From a virus (taxonomy: Duplodnaviria > Caudoviricetes): a stretch of DNA of 40,583 bases. The position numbers were made by a program, and so were the translations under genes. The stretch is from IMG/VR virus record IMGVR_UViG_3300043610_000045, positions 1-40,583 of that record. One strand, 5' to 3'. Below are positions 36,392 through 40,583 of the stretch, piece by piece (the stretch's first letter is position 1; each line of letters starts with the position of its first letter). Below the pieces are notes generated by a model, which did not search any database, was not told the origin of the DNA, and worked only from the letters and a program-made list of their open reading frames with translations.

Positions 36392-37821
36392 CGGTCGAGC
36401 GTTTCCTCGGTGATCGGATTGCGCTGCATGCCGGCGACATGCGGGAAGTTCTCGCCACGCTGCCCGAGAATTCCATCGATTCGTGTTGTTGCGATCCGCC
36501 GTACCATCTCACCAGCATCGTGCAGCGGTTCGGCGCCGAGGATGCGGCACCAGCCAAGAGCAACGGTGCAACCGGAGTCTATCGACGCGCATCGTCCGGC
36601 TTCATGGGCAAGGTGTGGGACGGTGGCGATATCGCGTTCGATCCCGACACATGGCGCGCGGTCTACCGCGTGCTCAAGCCCGGCGCGCATCTGGTCGCAA
36701 TGGGTGGGACGCGCACCTATCACCGCATGGCGTGCGCCATTGAGGATGCGGGGTTCGAAATCCGCGACACCATCATGTGGCTGTACGGTTCGGGCTTCCC
36801 GAAATCGCATGACGTGAGTAAGGGAATAGATCGGGCGGCGGGTGCATTAGGTAATCGTGGCAAAGGCTTCAATGCGGCGGGTGAAGGTGGCCGCTCGAAT
36901 GGCGGCGATATTTTCCGCAGCGATCACCCGGACTATGCGCCGTATGCCCCCGCCACCGATGCCGCGCGGCAATGGGAGGGCTGGCACACAGCCCTAAAAC
37001 CCGCCTGCGAATTGATCGTGCTAGCGCGCAAGCCGCTGTCGGAGGGCACCGTGGCGGCCAACGTACTGCGCTGGGGCACCGGCGCGATCAATGTGAATGG
37101 GTGCAGGGTTGAGGCCGAACCTTGGACGCGTCCCGGTTCAAATGCGGTTGGCGGAATCTATGGCGACTATTCAAACGATGCACCACGCCAAAACGATAAG
37201 GGCCGCTGGCCCGCCAACCTCGTCCACGACGGCAGCGCCGAGGTGCTGGCGGCGTTTCCGGAGAGCGACCATGCGCGCGGAAATACAACCGCAAAATGGC
37301 ATGATGGTAGACCTGCGACAGTACAGAACGCGCCTGTAGGCGGCTTTGAGTCTGGATGGGGTGGCGACTCCGGTTCGGCTGCCCGCTTCTTCTACACCGC
37401 CAAGGCGGACAGCGACGACCGGCTCGGCTCCAAGCACCCGACCGTCAAGCCGCTCGACCTGATGCAATGGTTGGTGCGGCTGGTAACGCCGCCGCGCGGG
37501 CTGGTGCTCGATCCGTTTGCCGGGACCGGCACGACCGGCGAGGCGGCTTGGCGAGAGGGCATGCGCGCGGTGCTGATCGAAGCTGAACCGGAATATCAGG
37601 CCGACATTCGCCGGCGCATGGCGCTGGTGTTGTCCGGCCCGGATGAGCGGGCGCGCGAGAGCATCAAGGCCAAAAACCTGCCGCGCGACGACGGGCCGTT
37701 GTTCGCGCAGGTCGATGACTACAACCCCCGCGACGACTTCGCGCGCAGCATTGAGGAGGCGTACCGCGCAATCCGCGAGCGCAAGGCCAACGGCGGCAAA
37801 GGATGGGGAGGATGGGAGTGA
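36388..37821 (+). CDS. DNA N6-adenine/N4-cytosine methyltransferase (beta class)
   Basis: DPPY, WLYGSGFPKS, HPTVKP, LDPFAGTGTT; GTGA-coupled to gcrA. Confidence 0.92.
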   Translation: MTVERFLGDRIALHAGDMREVLATLPENSIDSCCCDPPYHLTSIVQRFGAEDAAPAKSNGATGVYRRASSGFMGKVWDGGDIAFDPDTWRAVYRVLKPGAHLVAMGGTRTYHRMACAIEDAGFEIRDTIMWLYGSGFPKSHDVSKGIDRAAGALGNRGKGFNAAGEGGRSNGGDIFRSDHPDYAPYAPATDAARQWEGWHTALKPACELIVLARKPLSEGTVAANVLRWGTGAINVNGCRVEAEPWTRPGSNAVGGIYGDYSNDAPRQNDKGRWPANLVHDGSAEVLAAFPESDHARGNTTAKWHDGRPATVQNAPVGGFESGWGGDSGSAARFFYTAKADSDDRLGSKHPTVKPLDLMQWLVRLVTPPRGLVLDPFAGTGTTGEAAWREGMRAVLIEAEPEYQADIRRRMALVLSGPDERARESIKAKNLPRDDGPLFAQVDDYNPRDDFARSIEEAYRAIRERKANGGKGWGGWE

Positions 37822-38024
37822 AGCAAAACAAGCAGGGCAAAATAGCTTGCGACATTTGTGGCAAGTATCGCGCCACGCTCGGCGGCTATGGCGAGGGCTG
37901 TGAGGGATGGTGGGTTTGCCTGAAGTGCTTCGGAAAAGTGGATAGGGTCGCACAAGTGGAAGATAGATGGCCGAATGTGAAGGACTTTAAGAAGCTGAGA
38001 CGCAACCTTGAGAAGCGCGCCTAA
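37818..38024 (+). CDS. Small zinc-finger protein
   Basis: CDIC...CLKC; GTGA-coupled. Confidence 0.6.
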   Translation: MKQNKQGKIACDICGKYRATLGGYGEGCEGWWVCLKCFGKVDRVAQVEDRWPNVKDFKKLRRNLEKRA

Positions 38025-38044
38025 TAATTTTTTAGGAGACGGGA

Positions 38045-38497
38045 GTGAGTAATATCGACTGGTGGGAACGGATGCAGCGTTTGGCCGATGACGCCGATGT
38101 TGCGAGCGGCATAGGTCTGGACGAATTATCATTTCAACAAGTCAAACTATCATCCGAAACGTGGCGAATTGAAAGCCCGCTAGAATATCGATTGTATGTC
38201 TGGCTTAAACGGCTCGGGGCTAAATACGGGTATTTGATAAAAGCCCAATGGCAGCTTGATCGGTTTCGCTATGATTTTGCGATTACCGATCGGGCGCGAA
38301 ATTTGCTGGCGCTCATCGAATGCGATAGCGCCGAATTCCATCGTCTTCCTGAACAACTCAAACGCGACAAGGAAAAGGATGAGGCGGCAAAAGTCGCCGG
38401 CATTCGTCTATTTCGGTGGAGTGGGAAGGAGATTTATCGCGATGCACAGCGCTGCGCCGAAGCGACGTTTTTCTCAATTTGGCCGGCAGGGCAATGA
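38045..38497 (+). CDS. DUF559/Vsr-like PD-(D/E)XK endonuclease
   Basis: ESPLE..Q....YDFA...IECD...H....RD....G.RLFR. Confidence 0.8.
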   Translation: MSNIDWWERMQRLADDADVASGIGLDELSFQQVKLSSETWRIESPLEYRLYVWLKRLGAKYGYLIKAQWQLDRFRYDFAITDRARNLLALIECDSAEFHRLPEQLKRDKEKDEAAKVAGIRLFRWSGKEIYRDAQRCAEATFFSIWPAGQ

Positions 38498-39195
38498 GGT
38501 CTCCGATGGTCTGGAAGGTCAAACACTGGCGTGAATTCCAGCATTACAAGGAACGCGATCCTCCTTGGATCAAGATCCATAAACGGCTGCTCAATGATCG
38601 GCAATGGCATCTCTTATCGGGTGACGATGCCAAGGTGCTGGTCATGTTGTGGCTGCTAGCAAGCGAGCGTGATGGCGTTTTACCGATCAAGCAAGATGCG
38701 AATGGCTTGCTAGCCCCATATGAAGACCTCGCCTTCATACTTCGGTTGAACAGCGAGGAAATTCCACAATTATTGAAACGGCTTGGACATTGGCTTGAAA
38801 ACGATGATAGCGCGCCGATAGCAAACGGAAAGCAATCTGCTAGCGAGCCGCTATACAGAGGAGAGGAAGGAAGGAGAGGTAGGAGAGCAGAGCAGAAGCA
38901 GAAAAAGCCTCAAGTAGCTTTTTCTGCTTCTAGCTTAGAAAAAAGAGGTGCCAAGCCTCGCTCACTCGCTTCGGCACCTAGGGGTGCGCTCGCTCGCTCG
39001 GCTCAAGCAAAACAAACAGAACCGCCAGAAATTCGCCAGACTGCCGTCGACCGCGCCAAAAGCGCCATGACGGCAACCGGCTTCGAATTCAAACCGCAAC
39101 CAATCTCAAATCCAGCTAATCAATCGAGCTCCCTCAAAGAGCTTCAAACACGCGCCGTAGCAATCGCAGCCAAACGATCCACCAGCGAGGAATGA
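38494..39195 (+). CDS. Putative replication initiator/replisome organiser
   Basis: N-terminal WREFQHYKERDPPWIKIH..LWLLASE..G; low-complexity linker. Confidence 0.65.
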   Translation: MRSPMVWKVKHWREFQHYKERDPPWIKIHKRLLNDRQWHLLSGDDAKVLVMLWLLASERDGVLPIKQDANGLLAPYEDLAFILRLNSEEIPQLLKRLGHWLENDDSAPIANGKQSASEPLYRGEEGRRGRRAEQKQKKPQVAFSASSLEKRGAKPRSLASAPRGALARSAQAKQTEPPEIRQTAVDRAKSAMTATGFEFKPQPISNPANQSSSLKELQTRAVAIAAKRSTSEE

Positions 39196-39407
39196 GGTTT
39201 CACGTGGAACAACCCGATATTGTCAAGCAGTTGCGGCAACTCAACCCGGAAGATCTGGTGCTGGCAACGCAAGTTATGTGCGCAGCCGCTGACGAGATCG
39301 TGCACCTGCGCGAGGAAGTCGAAACCTGGCGCGATCGCTACCACGCCGAACGCCAGGACCACGAGGCAACCATGAAGGCATGGGACGAGGAACGCAGCGG
39401 GCTGTGA
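39192..39407 (+). CDS. Hypothetical protein
   Basis: DIVKQLR..AADEI..LR pattern common in small phage ORFs; coupled both ends. Confidence 0.6.
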   Translation: MRFHVEQPDIVKQLRQLNPEDLVLATQVMCAAADEIVHLREEVETWRDRYHAERQDHEATMKAWDEERSGL

Positions 39408-39892
39408 CTGACTGGTGGGTGATCCAGACCGAGGCGCAGCACGAGCCTATGGTGCGGCTGTTGCTCATGCGCAACGGTTTTGAGACTTATCTGCCGCGGA
39501 TCAAACTGCGAAGCCGGATATCTCTGCTATTTCCGAGCTACATGTTTGTTCGCGTGGCCGATCGCTGGTATCCGATCCTCTGGACCCCGCATGTCGTTCG
39601 TGTGCTCATGTCCGGCGACAAGCCCGCCTGCCTCAAGGAGGAAATCATCACCAGCATTCGCAAGCGCGAGGTCGGCGGCTTCGTCAAGTTGCCCATATCT
39701 CGACGGCTGAAACCCGGCCAAAAGGTTCAGATCATAAACGGGTCATTTCAGGGCCAAATAGGGTTATACGAGGGCATGTCGGGCCATGACCGCGAAAGGG
39801 TATTGCTCGAGCTACTCGGCCGCCAGGTTCCGATCGAGATACCCAGTCGGGATATTACCCCACTAGGTGTTGCGGTTCGCCCTCGCCTGTAA
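39404..39892 (+). CDS. NusG-family transcription antiterminator (specialised paralogue)
   Basis: NGN domain WWVIQT..YLP..LFPSYMFV; KOW GQKVQIINGSFQG..G; LELLGRQVPIE. Confidence 0.9.
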   Translation: MTDWWVIQTEAQHEPMVRLLLMRNGFETYLPRIKLRSRISLLFPSYMFVRVADRWYPILWTPHVVRVLMSGDKPACLKEEIITSIRKREVGGFVKLPISRRLKPGQKVQIINGSFQGQIGLYEGMSGHDRERVLLELLGRQVPIEIPSRDITPLGVAVRPRL

Positions 39893-39905
39893 TACTAGTT
39901 TCTCA

Positions 39906-40140
39906 CCCAACCAGGCTAAGTGGTTTGCCTTACGTGGAAACCCCCTGAAAATATGGGTTTCTCGCTGTGCAGCGCGTTTCGGAATGCCCCGTCTGGTTGG
40001 GAAGTTACAGGGGCAAAAGGACGCCAGGTCTGGTGAAGGAACTAGCCTCCTCGGCATTGGGCCTGGCGTCCCGACCCTTTCCGTTCCACCCTCAACGGGA
40101 ATCAGAACGTATCGTGCAGCCGCTAGGAAGGCTGTACGTT
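39906..40140 (+). ncRNA. Putative structured late-leader RNA
   Basis: Five stems read directly from sequence (see findings); no convincing ORF. Confidence 0.5.
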
Positions 40141-40177
40141 AGTTAGAACCCTCACCCCTAGGTACCCCTACCACCCC

Positions 40178-40528
40178 ATGCCTAAACTTCGTTCCCTGCC
40201 CTCCCTGGTGCGTACCGTCAGCACGGCTACCGTAGTCCTACCACCCAAGGTCAAGGCGCCTGAGTACACCACACCACAGTTCAGGGCATGGCGTGCTGCA
40301 GTAGTGGCCCGTGCTGGTGGTAGGTGCGAGGCAGTGGACGACCATGGGCATAGGTGCACCAAGGCACAGCCTGAGCACCGCATGTATGCCGACCATGTTG
40401 TTGAGCTTCGTGATGATGGTTCATTGCTCGATCTTAACAATGGCCAGTGCCTTTGCGCTTCGCATCATCAGCTCAAGACGATGCAAGCTCGATATCGACG
40501 TCATTCGAGCTCAGTCGAGGGGGGGTAG
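40178..40528 (+). CDS. Packaging-associated HNH endonuclease (HK97 gp74-like)
   Basis: RCE..C..ADHVVEL.D.G..LD..NGQCLCASHH..KT; precedes terS on the circle. Confidence 0.88.
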   Translation: MPKLRSLPSLVRTVSTATVVLPPKVKAPEYTTPQFRAWRAAVVARAGGRCEAVDDHGHRCTKAQPEHRMYADHVVELRDDGSLLDLNNGQCLCASHHQLKTMQARYRRHSSSVEGG

Positions 40529-40569
40529 GCGAGGATTCGAAAGTCGGCCCCGCTATACCCGCCCGCTTT

Positions 40570-40583
40570 GTCACGCGCAGATT
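40570..40583. repeat. Terminal direct repeat, right copy; cos region expected at 40529-40583/1-43
   Basis: Identical to 1-14; lies between HNH and terS, where cos sits in HK97-like phages. Confidence 0.85.

Noticed and set aside
36388-38497. MTase + DUF559 nuclease as a type II restriction-modification system
   Set aside because: Separated by another gene; both families are common solitary genes in phage replication regions; no evidence of a shared target
39867-40142. 91-aa ORF across the late leader
   Set aside because: TTG start inside the NusG gene, no RBS or motif; base-pairing explains the region better

Overview
The window looks like one complete ~40.6 kb temperate siphovirus genome (HK97-like head, P4-type tyrosine integrase). 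It is opened just upstream of terS, and its two ends share a 14-bp direct repeat. A GcrA homologue and an alphaproteobacterial-type SOS box point to an alphaproteobacterial host (inference). The late operon (+) runs terS, terL, protease-capsid fusion, portal, collagen fibres, head-tail connector, two glycosyltransferase-like genes plus a methyltransferase, tail genes with a -1 frameshift chaperone, and lysis genes with a three-domain endolysin. The centre holds a small XRE HTH, an XRE-PAS one-component regulator, a putative attP, membrane morons and the integrase. The left arm (-) holds a ParB-like gene, a recombinase, xis and an HNH/SF2-helicase/DNA-binding trio. The right arm (+) holds gcrA, a DNA methyltransferase, a DUF559-like nuclease, a replication protein, a NusG paralogue, a structured ~250-nt leader and the packaging HNH. 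The most notable candidates are: (1) a regulatory circuit with no CI/Cro at the divergent switch but a perfect LexA box, plus a remote PAS-sensor HTH and a GcrA+MTase pair; (2) a NusG-paralogue/structured-RNA late antitermination module; (3) a candidate virion-glycosylation cassette; (4) a candidate HNH-helicase defence cassette. All calls come from reading motifs by eye, and no database searches were run.
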